Positions 29,954 through 41,091 of a stretch of DNA of 64,000 nt are shown here, piece by piece. The translations under genes were made by a program, and so were the position numbers. Origin of the DNA: Naegleria gruberi (taxonomy: Eukaryota); the NCBI GenBank assembly GCA_000004985.1, contig GG738883.1; one strand, 5' to 3'. Under the pieces are notes generated by a model. It was not told where the DNA came from. It searched no databases and saw only the letters and a list, made by a program, of their open reading frames with translations. The stretch's first letter is position 1; each line of letters begins with the position of its first letter.

Positions 29954-32900
29954 ATGACACACAGAAAAACTCTTTACGTTAAAGTTCCCACGATCGATGC
30001 TACAAAAGATGAAGAAACTCCTAATCATCAACAAGACCCAGAGCTAAAAACACCCACAGGTCTTCTCGGAAGAGGGAGAAGTAGAGGTCGAGGAAGAGGA
30101 AAAGGTACACACCTTGTTTTTAACCAAAAAAATAAGGCTCAAACTCTACAAAAAAGAACATCTCATAACCAAGTTACAAGCAAAATTCAATATGAGGTAG
30201 AGATTGTTACAAAGATACAAACATCAACGGAGGCTACATCACAACAACCATCCACAATCACACAAAAAGAAATCATCACTTCTTGTATATCTCAAACTTC
30301 AACAACAGAAAGCGAAATCATTGTTCCTAATAGAAAAATTGTTAATCTCAAGGAAGTTCAAACCCTGACAAGGGAAGAGGTTTGCTCAATGATACACCCA
30401 TATTTACCTCGTGACATAATTCAGCAACAATTTGAGTTGGGATTGGATGGTACAGTAGTTTTTAATTACTTAAGAAACAAGGGTACTGACATACCACCCC
30501 AGTACACTAATTTTGTTTGGTTAGGCGTAACTGTTTTAACTGAAAAAAGACTTTTTCCATTTTGGAACGAAGAATTCACGATCCGTAAACTTCGGGAAAA
30601 GAAGATCATTAAGGATGTCAATACTAAATTTAATGTCAATGATTATATTTCGAGAATTGCTGATGGTATTTATAACAATGAATCTTTACCCCTCATCAGA
30701 GAAGAATCTGTGTTTTTATCTTCAATAACTGATAACAAATGGGAGTTATTGGTCAAATTTGTGACAGATTTAATGACTATCGAAATTATTCCTTTTCATT
30801 ATTCTTACAAAATTTCTGAATTACTATTGGAATTACCAAAATCCTTTAATCAGTCGAAGCAGAGATGGTGTTTAAAGATCCAGGAAGCAGTACGAGATCA
30901 AAAGGGTAAATTAGGAAGTTTATTCAAACAAGCAATACTTCCAGATCATTACAAAGGATTTTATGCCATTAAAAGAGATCCTATGTTGCGTGAATGGACT
31001 TACCACTTTAACGAATTGAAAATTCCAGAAAACAAAGGAAAGCCTTTGATTGACCTATTATCAAAAGATATTTCAGTTGGGAGAGGCAACGATTTTGGAT
31101 ATGGTATTATCCCAATTATTGATTTGTCAACCTCTGGAAAGACTTATACAATGTTTCAACTGGTCAACTCAATTCCTACAATTAATTACAAATTCTTTTT
31201 TGTTATACACATTTATCAGTCATCTCTATTTTGTGAGGCACTAATAGAAAATATTAAGTCGAACAAACGCCCAATATCTGAACTCGTAGCCTCATTTGTG
31301 TTAACTATATTAATAACAATTAAAACTTTGGTTGAAACAGAACCTGATATCCACCCGCGTGATTTTTTGAAGTAGGTATTTAATTTTATTGTTTTTTATC
31401 AAATGATTGAAATCAACAGATTTATTAGAGATGAAGGTGATGTATGTTTAACAGAAATATTTAAAAAATTAGTTTCTACCTATTTTGAAAAGAAGATTAG
31501 TGTTTTGAATGAAGATCTTACAAATGAATTAAAAGAAAAAATGATTAAGGTGGTATTTTCATTTGATGAAGCTCAAACATTGCTTGAGTATAAAACCGAT
31601 TCATGTTGTTTGATTAATGAACTGTGCAAAGAAATTAGACGTTACAATAATCCAGTATTTCTTGGAACAACCTTTAGTATTTCAAAGGCTGTGTTAAATG
31701 TTAGTCAAGAAGGAAGGCAATTTTTGTTTCCTGTAATTGGTACTCTTGAGCCTTGGTATTTGAATGATGTTGACAAGATATTAAGTCACATGTTCAATAT
31801 TGAAGATTTTAAGAAAGATAATGAAGAAGAGTATTGGATATTATGCTATTTACTATCTGGCGCACCTGAGAATGTAGTTAGATTCCACCAAACATTATAT
31901 CAACACGCAGAACTCTATCATAACGATAGTCTGGCTCTTTTTAGGAAAAGTCTTGAAGAAGTTGTACAGTTCAAAGAAGAGAGAAGTGCAGTTAGAATTG
32001 TATCTTTTTTGAATGATACATCAATCATGGACAGAGAAGATCATTTGTTAAAACTTATTTTTGACAGAGAAGTCGAAAATCAAAAGTTGATGAATTCAGA
32101 TTTGGTCATGAATAGTTTCAAGAGGGCATTCATTGAAAAAACCATTGCTTTTGTTGTTAGGAAAGACACAAATTCTTTATTTGAGATTGTAGATCCAATT
32201 ATTGCAAAATCATATTTTACAATTTTAGTGGAAGATTACACAGAAATGATGGTTTCTTTCATGACAGCCAACTTCACTAAGAGGGGAGAAGACTTTGAGC
32301 TATTTATGGTTATATTACTAATACTTGAAAGTAATAGATTGAAAGATCAACCTATGGTTGTTAGTCCATTATTTGCAAGTGCAACCAGTTTGTGCAAGTA
32401 TCAACTGATTACTAGAACCTTTCTAAATGATAAACATTTAAGCAAAAAGCTTTTATCACAATTTGCCAACATTTCAAGCATTTGGTATTGCCAATTGGCA
32501 TGCCATTTCTTTATGGATACATATGTGAAATCAGATAATAATATGGGGCCACTTGTGCTATGACACTTATATCTGACGGAATTACCGATAAAGAACAGCC
32601 CCATAAAGCCATCAATCTATTCAGAACTCTTTCCTTTGGAACAAAAACTGGACGAGGCAATAATTTCAAAGTTCCAACTTCACTTGTCAATCTACCATGC
32701 GTAAGATGGATTGTAGCACCAAATATGAAGAAAAACTTGTTTTCTGAGAGGAACCTTAGGAATGAGTATTCGTATTTGAATTCTGAAACACCAATTGACG
32801 ATGCATTTGCATGTCTTCAAAATAATTCTCTTGAATTGGTTATCACTGGATCAGGGGATATTAGTAAGTGCATTGAATGTTATCGTTCAAAACCGTACTA

Positions 32901-32979
32901 TGAGAATTTGAAATCATTATGGAAGAAATTCAAGTTAAACAAAAAGAAAAAAGGAAACAAAAAATCCGTTAAGGATTAG
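29954..32979 (+). CDS. P-loop NTPase of uncertain family. N-terminal RGG box, Walker A ...IIDLSTSGKTYTM..., Walker B ...KVVFSFDEAQTLL..., long helical C-terminal region. Exons 29954-31371 and 31420-~32563, with a 48-nt intron 31372-31419 (GTAGGT...CAG). Last ~140 codons (32560-32979) are in another frame; the candidate 44-nt GTGCTA...AACAG intron 32555-32598 is a weak donor
   Basis: Intron 31372-31419 joins ...HPRDFL-K-FIRDEGDVCLTEIFKK in frame; the track start 31403 is not an ATG. GRGRSRGRGRGKG near the N-terminus. Frame 2 stops at 32563, while frame 3 (MTLISDGITDKEQPHKAINLF...) is open from 32542. Joining them needs a +1 indel in the gggg run at 32545-48 or the weak intron. Confidence 0.5.
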
Positions 32980-33492
32980 TCTGCGTTTTACCAAGAAAGC
33001 TACTTGAAATATATTTCTATATATTTATAATAAAATTACAAATTGGAAATAGTCTCGTGAAGCACATGCCAATTCATTGAAAATTGAGTAATCTGCTGAA
33101 GTATTCGGATGATGATGTAATACCAACTTGGAATTTTGCTAAAAATATAATTATTTCCGTTCTTGTCCCGTTGAAGTATTGTGAGAGCCACCGTTTTCAT
33201 GTGCTATGCAATTTGGTTGTATAATGTTGCTGTTGCGCTCGAAAGGTTCAATCAACTTTGTAAACGCAAAAACCTATACAATTTACTCGTCACATCATCT
33301 ATCGCTTTCCAGTGTTTTGATTGGAGGGGCAAAAATATTTGTATTGCTACCAAAATGCCTGCAAATTAAAAATAACTGTGCTCGAGAAAACAGTAAACCT
33401 TCAAGACAAAAAAACTGCACAACATCAATACACGAGCGCGGCTCTTACCACACAATCACACACTAATCATCGTTAATTAAATATTCAGCAAG

Positions 33493-36400
33493 ATGAATTC
33501 CTACCACCAACAATTTATGAAAAAGTTGAAGGAATCTAACGACCAATTAGAAAATACCACAAAGAAATTGTTGGAACAACAAAAGAGTCAGCTGAATGAT
33601 CTCTTCAAGATGAGAGATCTTTTGCTCAATGTTCATAAATCCAAAGTAAATAAGACCACCAATGATTCACTGGAAAAGATGGAAAAAATCATCAATACAG
33701 AAGAAGAAAATCCTAAACCAATTGTAGTTGCCTTCCTTGGTAATGCAGGTGTTGGTAAAAGTAGTTTCATCAATGATATGATTGGTGGTCAACTATTACC
33801 AAGTTCTTCTGGAAGAATACATGTAACAAAGGCCCTATGTCACTTGAGCTATTCAAACAACATTACAATGGAACCAGTTTTATGTTCAGAAGATGAAGTG
33901 AAGGAAAGATGTGCTGAAACTCACTATGACTATGGTTCTATCAAGCCAGTTAGCATTGTTTCCAAGGTTACAGAGTACAAAACTATCCAAGATTTGACCA
34001 CAGCCATGGTCACATTTCAAAATCAAATGACAGAGAGTGATGTTTACAGAATCAAATTGATTCGAGTTAAAGTACCTCTTCCTAAAATCAAGTCCAAGTT
34101 TGAAGTTATTGATGTACCTGGTATTAATAGTGGTACATTGAGTGGAATATTCGAAAGAATGGCTTTGGAAGCTTGTATACTTTCTGATAGAATTTTATTA
34201 TTCCCAAATAGTTTCAGATCAGAGATTCCAACAGATGTTTTCGAATTCGTCCGTAAAATATTCAGTGACCCAATCATTCAAAAGAATCCAAAAACATTTA
34301 GTTTTTGCCATGGTGGTAGAAGTTTCCAAGAAGCAGATGCTCATAAGGAATATCTTGATTGTCTCCATGATTATAACATATCCAAGATTCATGTTTCATT
34401 TTGTCAATTACTTTCTAATTACTTTGATTTTAAATTCGATGATATTCCAAAAGCTCCCAATGAGAAACCAGTTAATGATCAAATTGTGTTTGTCGAGAAT
34501 AAGAAAGTAGTATTGGAATTACTAAAGGATAATTTTGTTTCCTTTCCAATTCCACACAACAAGTCAAAAAGCTTGACACATGAAATCAATATCACTCAAC
34601 TCTATTTTGATATCATGCTCAAGAAGGATAGACTTATTCTAGTTGGTAGAATGATTCAATCACTACGGGAGCTAGCCCTGTTGTGCATCCCAAATTTGCT
34701 ATTCAAATCCAAGTTTCAAACTGCCAAGAGTAATCAAGATAACAATGTAGAAATTATGGATGGATGTAATGAGGTTGTACATGATATTGTGAGAAAGATG
34801 CAAAAGGTTTTGAAAAAGCGTGGTGGTTTTAAGAAATCGAATGTCAAATTCCCTACTAATTTCCTTCTTGACGTCCTGTCATCTGAAGTTGTTAAGAATT
34901 TCAAGGAGAAAGAACATACTCTAATCCAAAACCAATTAGCTCTCATGGAAAAGCACATCAAACTCTTGGGTTCTATCCATTTAATCAAGAGTCAATCTGG
35001 AGATGCTGAGCAAGATTTAAAGAACTTTTCCGAACAAGTTCTTCCACTATTCGATTTAAATCACAAAGATCACATTACATTGGCAACTGAAATGAAAGGT
35101 GTTTTGAATGATTTATTTAAGAGTTTCATTTTGGAACGTAACTTTGAGTATGAACACAAGTTTGATATCAATTTTTGTGATGTCAGAAGAGATGAACACA
35201 ATTCAGGTGTTTTAAAACTTCCAAATAGAATGTTTTCAAGTGTTGAAGACATGACAAGTGCCAAGATAGTTTCAAATGGTGACAGTTTAACAAAGGCAAA
35301 CAAGTATAGAAATGATAAATCTGAAATGCAAGTCAGAAAATTGGAGAGTTCTGTACTTCTTCCAGCTTCTTCACAAAATATAATGGAAATTAATATTAGA
35401 AAGGACAAAATTATTGAGATTGAAGGTGGTGATCAATCATTTGATTCATTTAAGAGCATGTTGCCTTCAAGTACTTTACTCAATCATCATGCAAAAACTA
35501 GAATTGCTCCAACATTCTTCCTTTCCTTAGATGGAACATGTCCAAACCTTGCATTTAATTCATGTTGGGTAAATTACACCTCCGAATCACTTGTCATTAT
35601 TGTTACTCCACATGAATATGTCGATAACTTTGTTGATTTGGTTCAACAACACAATGAGAATGATCAACATAGAGTGATGATATTAAGTGTTTCAGTTGAG
35701 AATGAATTATATTCTGAAGGATCCTTGATGAATGCTGTCTTTGATTTTTCATCATACTTTGATTTTCCAATCATTCATCTTGTCAAACTGAATGTCAAAA
35801 ACATTTATGAATATGTCAGTCCATTGAAAGAATACGTTCACAATGAATGGACACCAATTAGATATTTCAGAAGTTCAGAAGCAATTGTTTACAATGAAAT
35901 TAATAGTCTTAGTGATGATAAGAAGCAAGAAATTGCCAAAAAGTTTGTAACCTCAGCAAATGACATTATTTATAAGAATAGTTTGAGATCAGATGAGAGG
36001 ATTAATGATTTATCATCTCATTACAATGCGAAGGAAGCACTTGCTGATGTTGAAGGATTTGTTGATTATCTGAGATTAATTGATTCCAAAGTTAATGGAA
36101 ATTTGGAAAAGAATTTCAAGCAAAGTTTCTTTTCAAAGAATAAGGCAAGAGTTGGATGTTGGGATGGATTGACTAGAAATATTGATAGAAATAAGATTTA
36201 TTCTAGAAATGGATATAATTACATGATTTCTAATTATGCGACTGCCATTGAAACTTATTTCATGCAAGCTCTAGACAAGATTAGACCAGTTTCTGATATT
36301 AAATTCACCCAAGATTTGCCAAAAGAGGGATATCAAACCATAGAGAATGGTTTTGACAGCAAAATGATTAGTTTCAGAACTAATATGCTAGCAAATGGTG

Positions 36401-36534
36401 TTGGTGGATTTATTCATTTCGGTTTCAAGTACGATTTGAATCGTTACGAGAAGATGAAACAAAAACAACAAACACCAAAAAGAAAGAAATCAACAAAGAA
36501 GAACAATTTCACATCCAGAAAGAAGAGAAAATAA
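33493..36534 (+). CDS. Large GTPase with an N-terminal IRG/IIGP-type (dynamin-superfamily-like) G domain and a ~750-aa C-terminal extension ending in a Lys-rich NLS-like tail
   Basis: G1 PIVVAFLGNAGVGKSSFINDMIGGQ (the GxxGxGKSSFIN form typical of interferon-inducible/IRG GTPases). G3 VIDVPGINSGT. Single 1013-aa ORF with ATG. C-terminus KQKQQTPKRKKSTKKNNFTSRKKRK. Confidence 0.55.
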   Translation: MNSYHQQFMKKLKESNDQLENTTKKLLEQQKSQLNDLFKMRDLLLNVHKSKVNKTTNDSLEKMEKIINTEEENPKPIVVAFLGNAGVGKSSFINDMIGGQLLPSSSGRIHVTKALCHLSYSNNITMEPVLCSEDEVKERCAETHYDYGSIKPVSIVSKVTEYKTIQDLTTAMVTFQNQMTESDVYRIKLIRVKVPLPKIKSKFEVIDVPGINSGTLSGIFERMALEACILSDRILLFPNSFRSEIPTDVFEFVRKIFSDPIIQKNPKTFSFCHGGRSFQEADAHKEYLDCLHDYNISKIHVSFCQLLSNYFDFKFDDIPKAPNEKPVNDQIVFVENKKVVLELLKDNFVSFPIPHNKSKSLTHEINITQLYFDIMLKKDRLILVGRMIQSLRELALLCIPNLLFKSKFQTAKSNQDNNVEIMDGCNEVVHDIVRKMQKVLKKRGGFKKSNVKFPTNFLLDVLSSEVVKNFKEKEHTLIQNQLALMEKHIKLLGSIHLIKSQSGDAEQDLKNFSEQVLPLFDLNHKDHITLATEMKGVLNDLFKSFILERNFEYEHKFDINFCDVRRDEHNSGVLKLPNRMFSSVEDMTSAKIVSNGDSLTKANKYRNDKSEMQVRKLESSVLLPASSQNIMEINIRKDKIIEIEGGDQSFDSFKSMLPSSTLLNHHAKTRIAPTFFLSLDGTCPNLAFNSCWVNYTSESLVIIVTPHEYVDNFVDLVQQHNENDQHRVMILSVSVENELYSEGSLMNAVFDFSSYFDFPIIHLVKLNVKNIYEYVSPLKEYVHNEWTPIRYFRSSEAIVYNEINSLSDDKKQEIAKKFVTSANDIIYKNSLRSDERINDLSSHYNAKEALADVEGFVDYLRLIDSKVNGNLEKNFKQSFFSKNKARVGCWDGLTRNIDRNKIYSRNGYNYMISNYATAIETYFMQALDKIRPVSDIKFTQDLPKEGYQTIENGFDSKMISFRTNMLANGVGGFIHFGFKYDLNRYEKMKQKQQTPKRKKSTKKNNFTSRKKRK

Positions 36535-36727
36535 GTGTTGACAACCTGAAGCTGATGATTTCGATATTCTCTTTTTTAACTTGTAAATAAAACAACATGA
36601 CAATTAATTGATTCAAAGCTTTTCATTGATGTGATGAAAATAGAAAATGAGTAGAAAAGAACACAAAATAAATAAAAATATTTTATATTATTAACATTTA
36701 TTACAATGTGTTCTTTGAGTAAATTTC

Positions 36728-39700
36728 TTATAATTTAACTCTCTGAAATCTTCTTTCTGTATCCATCATTACATTTTCAATAACAGTTACCATACTATCA
36801 AATAAATTAAGTGGTATATAATCATGAGTAATTTGTTCAGTTTCGTCTGAGAATATTAATTTAGACATGGCATGAATTTGACTTTGTGTAATATTGAGTG
36901 GTGAAGTTGATGATTCAGATATGAATGTGTTGAATATTTCCTTTGCTATTCTCCTTCTCTCTCTCACTCTATATTCTGTCTTGTATGTAAATTCAACCTT
37001 TTCCCAGAATAGTATATTTTGAGAAGATTGTTCAGTTGAGCAGTAATGTTTAAATTGAGTTCGTAAATCATCTCTTTCAAGTGTTCGTTTTAAAGATGAT
37101 TGAGAAAGATATCTAATCTCTCTCAATTTCAAATCATATTGTAATAAAAGATGATGTTGATATGGTATCAGAGTAACATCTGTACTTCCATTCAGAATCA
37201 TTAAATCTCTTAATAAAGCTATAGCACATTCCAATCTTAATTGTCTATTCTTAATGAGATAGGCAATTATAATAGTATAACTAGCTTCAAATATTTTAAT
37301 TTCATCAAAATCAATACTAGATGTTGAACTAGAATGATTACTGTGAGTAGAAACTGCTTTCATAGAATCATCTGAAATCTTTTCAGATAAAGATGGTGGA
37401 CTAGATGGTGCAAGGAAGAGATTGATTTTCTGTTGAACTAACATGGTCAAATCCTTATCAGATTGAGATGGATTATATTCTGAAATGAGACAATGCTCTT
37501 TAGAATCTTCAATCCATTTCACACATTCGTCTAATTTTTCAAAATTTAATCTATTACTAGCTGGAAGATAAACAACAAGATATTCAATACTTGTGTTATA
37601 AATCTTGTACGTTTTGAAAATGTACTCGGAAAATCTGTGTGGATCAATACCATCACATAATTTGAATCTTTCATCGGATTCACTAATAATTTGAATAATA
37701 TGTGTCACTTGCTTGTTTTTCATTTCTTTTGTAATGCTCTTATGTAAGTGTAATAAATTTGAATCACAAAATAGTACAGATTCAAATAGACATGTTGTAA
37801 AACTTGGATTTTCCCAATCAACCTTTTCACATACAGTATATAAATGATTAAATAATGAATAGGTATTAATATTTGTCAATTTAGGTGATATCTTTTTCCA
37901 ATCTTGACTAATTTGTTGTTGATCCTTCAATGAAATAAAGTTATATGAACATTCTAGAGTTTTCAATTCATTTAACTTTTTAGTAGAAGAAGCACTATCA
38001 ATTTGAATGTTTAAACTTGTTAAACAATTTCTATTCAACTTCAATTCATGTAAATATCTAAAATCTAACCATCTATTTCCTGCAACATGTTCAAAATCAT
38101 GAGTGGTAATACCACAACCACTCAAATTTAAAGTTTCAATATTTTTCAATTGGAATAAACCATCAAATACTTGATTATTCCAATGAATGTCATTATAACT
38201 TAAATCTAAAACGTATAAAGTTTCAGAGAATAATTCAATACCTTTCAAACATTTAATTCTATTGAAAGATAAATTAATAGTTTCAATACGTTTCAAGAGA
38301 GATAATTCTTGAATACTATTTGCATCTAAAAACATTTTCTCAAAGACCAATTCATTATGGCATAGACATAGATTTTTCAAATATCTCATTCCAGAGAATA
38401 ATTTAGAAGGTAACTTTTTCAAACAATTATAACTCAAATCTAAATGTTTCAATTGAACCATTCCAGTAAGTGTATTATCTTGAATGGATTCTAAATAATT
38501 GTGAGACAAGTCCAAATAGGTAATAGTAGAATACAATTTTTCAAGCATGCTATTGCTGTTAATAAATCTTAGATTGTTATGACTTAGTTTTAGTGTTTCA
38601 ATATTGGATGTAATGTAATCGGTTGGAATTTGTGGTAATTCTTTCAGTCTATTATGAGAAATATCTAAAAAATCAACACTTGATAAACTCATTATCGATT
38701 GAATAGAACCCTTAATAAAACAATTCTTCATTTCCAACCTTCTCAAGAATGAAAGACCTCTAATAGTTGAAGGTAAATCATCTTCTTGAGTTTCTAATCC
38801 AAATGGTCCATTATTATTCATTCTCAATAATTTAAGTTTTGGAAATCTTCTTAACCATTCTATTGGAAAGTTAACTAAACCACAACTACTAATATCAATT
38901 TCTGTAATGCTATGATGAAAATGTTCAGAAACAAGGAAACTAGAAACTGTTTGTTTTCGTTGTAATAACAATTCCTTTTCAATATTAATCATATCATCAT
39001 CAGTCTTTCTAATAACTCTTGACATTCTTGGAGAAACTTTTGAAATTGAACCATTAGTTGATGATGATGATGATTGATTTGATGCATTATTATTTGGTGA
39101 TGAAATTGAATTATTTGCTTCATTATTTGGATCAATAATTGTAAATATTTGTGATAAATTCAATGTCGACCTATTACTAATATTAATTAATTGATGAGTT
39201 GATGTTAAATTTGGAGCAGATTTTGAAAGAGTGTCATTATTTGAATGATGGAATTGACCTGAAATGATTACACTTGTACTCGTCGTATTGAGTGACATGT
39301 TTAAAGAAAAATCCGATTCATGACTAAATAAACTAGGATTTGCACTCAAATCTAAAGTTTCCAATAAACGTAAATCATCTAAACACTGTGGATAACCTCC
39401 ATAAAGTCTATTATTACTTAAATTCAAGTAAATTAAAGAATTTGCAAGTGGTTTGTGTTGTTTGCTTGATATTTTCTCATTATGAAACTCTGCTGTTAAA
39501 TTACGTGAAGATTCAGATGATTTCTTTTTTAAACCACCCTTCTTGAAAGAAATACCTAAAAAGTTCTCAATTTGATTGAATGAATAATCTAAATGTGTTA
39601 ATTGTTTCATCTTTCTCAAAGGTTCACTAAATTGTGTAAATAAATTGTGAGATAAATTTAGAATTTTTAAACTTTTCATCTTGTTAATTTTCTCTGGAAC

Positions 39701-39880
39701 TTGATCCAAACTATTTTGTGATAAATTGAGAGAAAGTAAATGATTTCTCAAACTATCATCATCACAAATTATTTTAAATTGTTTCTTTGATATGTTACAA
39801 TTAATGAGTGAGAGATTTTTCAAGTAATTATTCAATTTTGAATGATGATTCCATTTACCAAATTGTGAATTTGATGCCAT
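36728..39880 (-). CDS. Leucine-rich-repeat protein with a C-terminal RGS-like domain
   Basis: ATG MASNSQFGKWNHH. Two blocks of canonical LRRs (LSLNLSQNSLDQVPEKINKMKSLKILNLSHNLF...; LDISHNRLKELPQIP...LKLSHNNLRFI...LDLSHNYLESI...LDLSYNCLKKLP). C-terminal region FKHYCSTEQSSQNILFWEKVEFTYKTEYRVRERRRIAKEIFNTFISESSTSPLNITQSQIHAMSKLI resembles the RGS fold core (FW..VE.F...). Single 1050-aa ORF. Confidence 0.55.
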   Translation of the reverse strand: MASNSQFGKWNHHSKLNNYLKNLSLINCNISKKQFKIICDDDSLRNHLLSLNLSQNSLDQVPEKINKMKSLKILNLSHNLFTQFSEPLRKMKQLTHLDYSFNQIENFLGISFKKGGLKKKSSESSRNLTAEFHNEKISSKQHKPLANSLIYLNLSNNRLYGGYPQCLDDLRLLETLDLSANPSLFSHESDFSLNMSLNTTSTSVIISGQFHHSNNDTLSKSAPNLTSTHQLINISNRSTLNLSQIFTIIDPNNEANNSISSPNNNASNQSSSSSTNGSISKVSPRMSRVIRKTDDDMINIEKELLLQRKQTVSSFLVSEHFHHSITEIDISSCGLVNFPIEWLRRFPKLKLLRMNNNGPFGLETQEDDLPSTIRGLSFLRRLEMKNCFIKGSIQSIMSLSSVDFLDISHNRLKELPQIPTDYITSNIETLKLSHNNLRFINSNSMLEKLYSTITYLDLSHNYLESIQDNTLTGMVQLKHLDLSYNCLKKLPSKLFSGMRYLKNLCLCHNELVFEKMFLDANSIQELSLLKRIETINLSFNRIKCLKGIELFSETLYVLDLSYNDIHWNNQVFDGLFQLKNIETLNLSGCGITTHDFEHVAGNRWLDFRYLHELKLNRNCLTSLNIQIDSASSTKKLNELKTLECSYNFISLKDQQQISQDWKKISPKLTNINTYSLFNHLYTVCEKVDWENPSFTTCLFESVLFCDSNLLHLHKSITKEMKNKQVTHIIQIISESDERFKLCDGIDPHRFSEYIFKTYKIYNTSIEYLVVYLPASNRLNFEKLDECVKWIEDSKEHCLISEYNPSQSDKDLTMLVQQKINLFLAPSSPPSLSEKISDDSMKAVSTHSNHSSSTSSIDFDEIKIFEASYTIIIAYLIKNRQLRLECAIALLRDLMILNGSTDVTLIPYQHHLLLQYDLKLREIRYLSQSSLKRTLERDDLRTQFKHYCSTEQSSQNILFWEKVEFTYKTEYRVRERRRIAKEIFNTFISESSTSPLNITQSQIHAMSKLIFSDETEQITHDYIPLNLFDSMVTVIENVMMDTERRFQRVKL

Positions 39881-39999
39881 ATTACTAAAAAAGTAAAATT
39901 TAGAATGTAATGATGTTATTTGTAATGTTTCTAAAGTATTATAATCATTTTGTATCTATTATTAAATATTATTATTATTAAATATTATTACATATATTA

Positions 40000-40572
40000 T
40001 TAAATATTAAATATTTCATCATTATGATTGTTATTATTATTATTATTATCAGCAAATTTAAAGTTCAATGTTATATTATTATGATTGTTATTATTAAAAT
40101 TCATTATCGCAAATTGTCCATTGTCATCATCATCATTATAAAAGGAAATATTAATGATGTTATTTATATTAATTCTTCTTCTTCTTCTTACCTTTTGATA
40201 AATATTTTGAGTAAATTCATCCGATTCATTACCATCACGCAATGTTAATTTAATTTCCTTCACCGAATGATTCTGTAAATTTTTATCATTAAATTGTTGT
40301 ATGTTACTAATGAGTGTAAATTGTTGTTGTTGTTGTTGGAGTTGTGAATGATGATTTAATGATGAAGATGAGGATAAAGATGATGAAGATGAAGGTAATA
40401 AACTTAGGCTTGATTGTGTGTTGTTGGATGTTGTTGTTGTTGAAGAGGATGATGAATTTAACGGGGAGGAAAGGATGGAGGATGATGATAAATGTCTCCT
40501 TGCCTTGTTGCCCTGGAAAAAACTCATATTTTTTTTTAATGTTGACAGATGATGAGACAAGTGACTTTTCAT
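40000..40572 (-). CDS. Low-complexity S/N/Q-rich ORF (190 aa); possible small gene upstream of the LRR-RGS gene
   Basis: True ATG (MKSHLSHHLSTLKKN...). Long S, T, N and Q homopolymer tracts typical of this genome's coding simple-sequence, but no domain, and an antisense ORF overlaps it. Separated from the LRR-RGS start codon by ~120 bp of pure AT with no usable splice donor, so not an upstream exon. Confidence 0.3.
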   Translation of the reverse strand: MKSHLSHHLSTLKKNMSFFQGNKARRHLSSSSILSSPLNSSSSSTTTTSNNTQSSLSLLPSSSSSLSSSSSLNHHSQLQQQQQQFTLISNIQQFNDKNLQNHSVKEIKLTLRDGNESDEFTQNIYQKVRRRRRININNIINISFYNDDDDNGQFAIMNFNNNNHNNITLNFKFADNNNNNNNHNDEIFNI

Positions 40573-41091
40573 GGTGATGTAAGAATGAGGGAAATAAAGT
40601 TGCCCAACAAGTATTTGTGAAAGTTAATATTCAATTTCTTTTAATGAAGAATGAGATATTTGCAATTTAATATTTCATTGATAAAAATTAAATCCAAAGT
40701 TGAATAAAACCAATCCACTCCTAAACAAACAAGATTAACAACAAACATTTCCAATTTAAATAAAACAAAGATAATTTAATATAGTTAAGGCCTTAACAGT
40801 AATCAAATATTTTCCATTAAATAATTTTAATTGATTTACTTCATTTGTAGATTATCGCCAAAAAATCAACCTGCTATTAATAAATCATCAGTGGCAACAA
40901 TGAATCCAAGAAAGAACACCAAACAACACGTGGAAGGCTTTTTTTCCTCCTTGCTTGAACAAATTGCCGTTGGTGCTAATGAAACTTCAAAAAAAAAGCC
41001 TTTAAAAGAAACGTAACCTCTCTCTCACTTGTTCATCATCGTAATCAACTTTGTCAACTCCGAAACAAAGATAACGTTTTTTTATATTAAA

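Noticed and set aside
39881-40000. Possibility that ORF 40000-40572 is an upstream exon of the LRR-RGS gene
   Set aside because: No GT donor precedes its stop codon in frame (…DEIFNI-stop). The intervening 120 bp is pure AT with no acceptor that restores the frame into MASNSQFGKW.
40344-40577. 77-aa plus-strand ORF rich in M/K/L
   Set aside because: Antisense of the S/N/Q tract of ORF 40000-40572; a product of codon-repeat symmetry.
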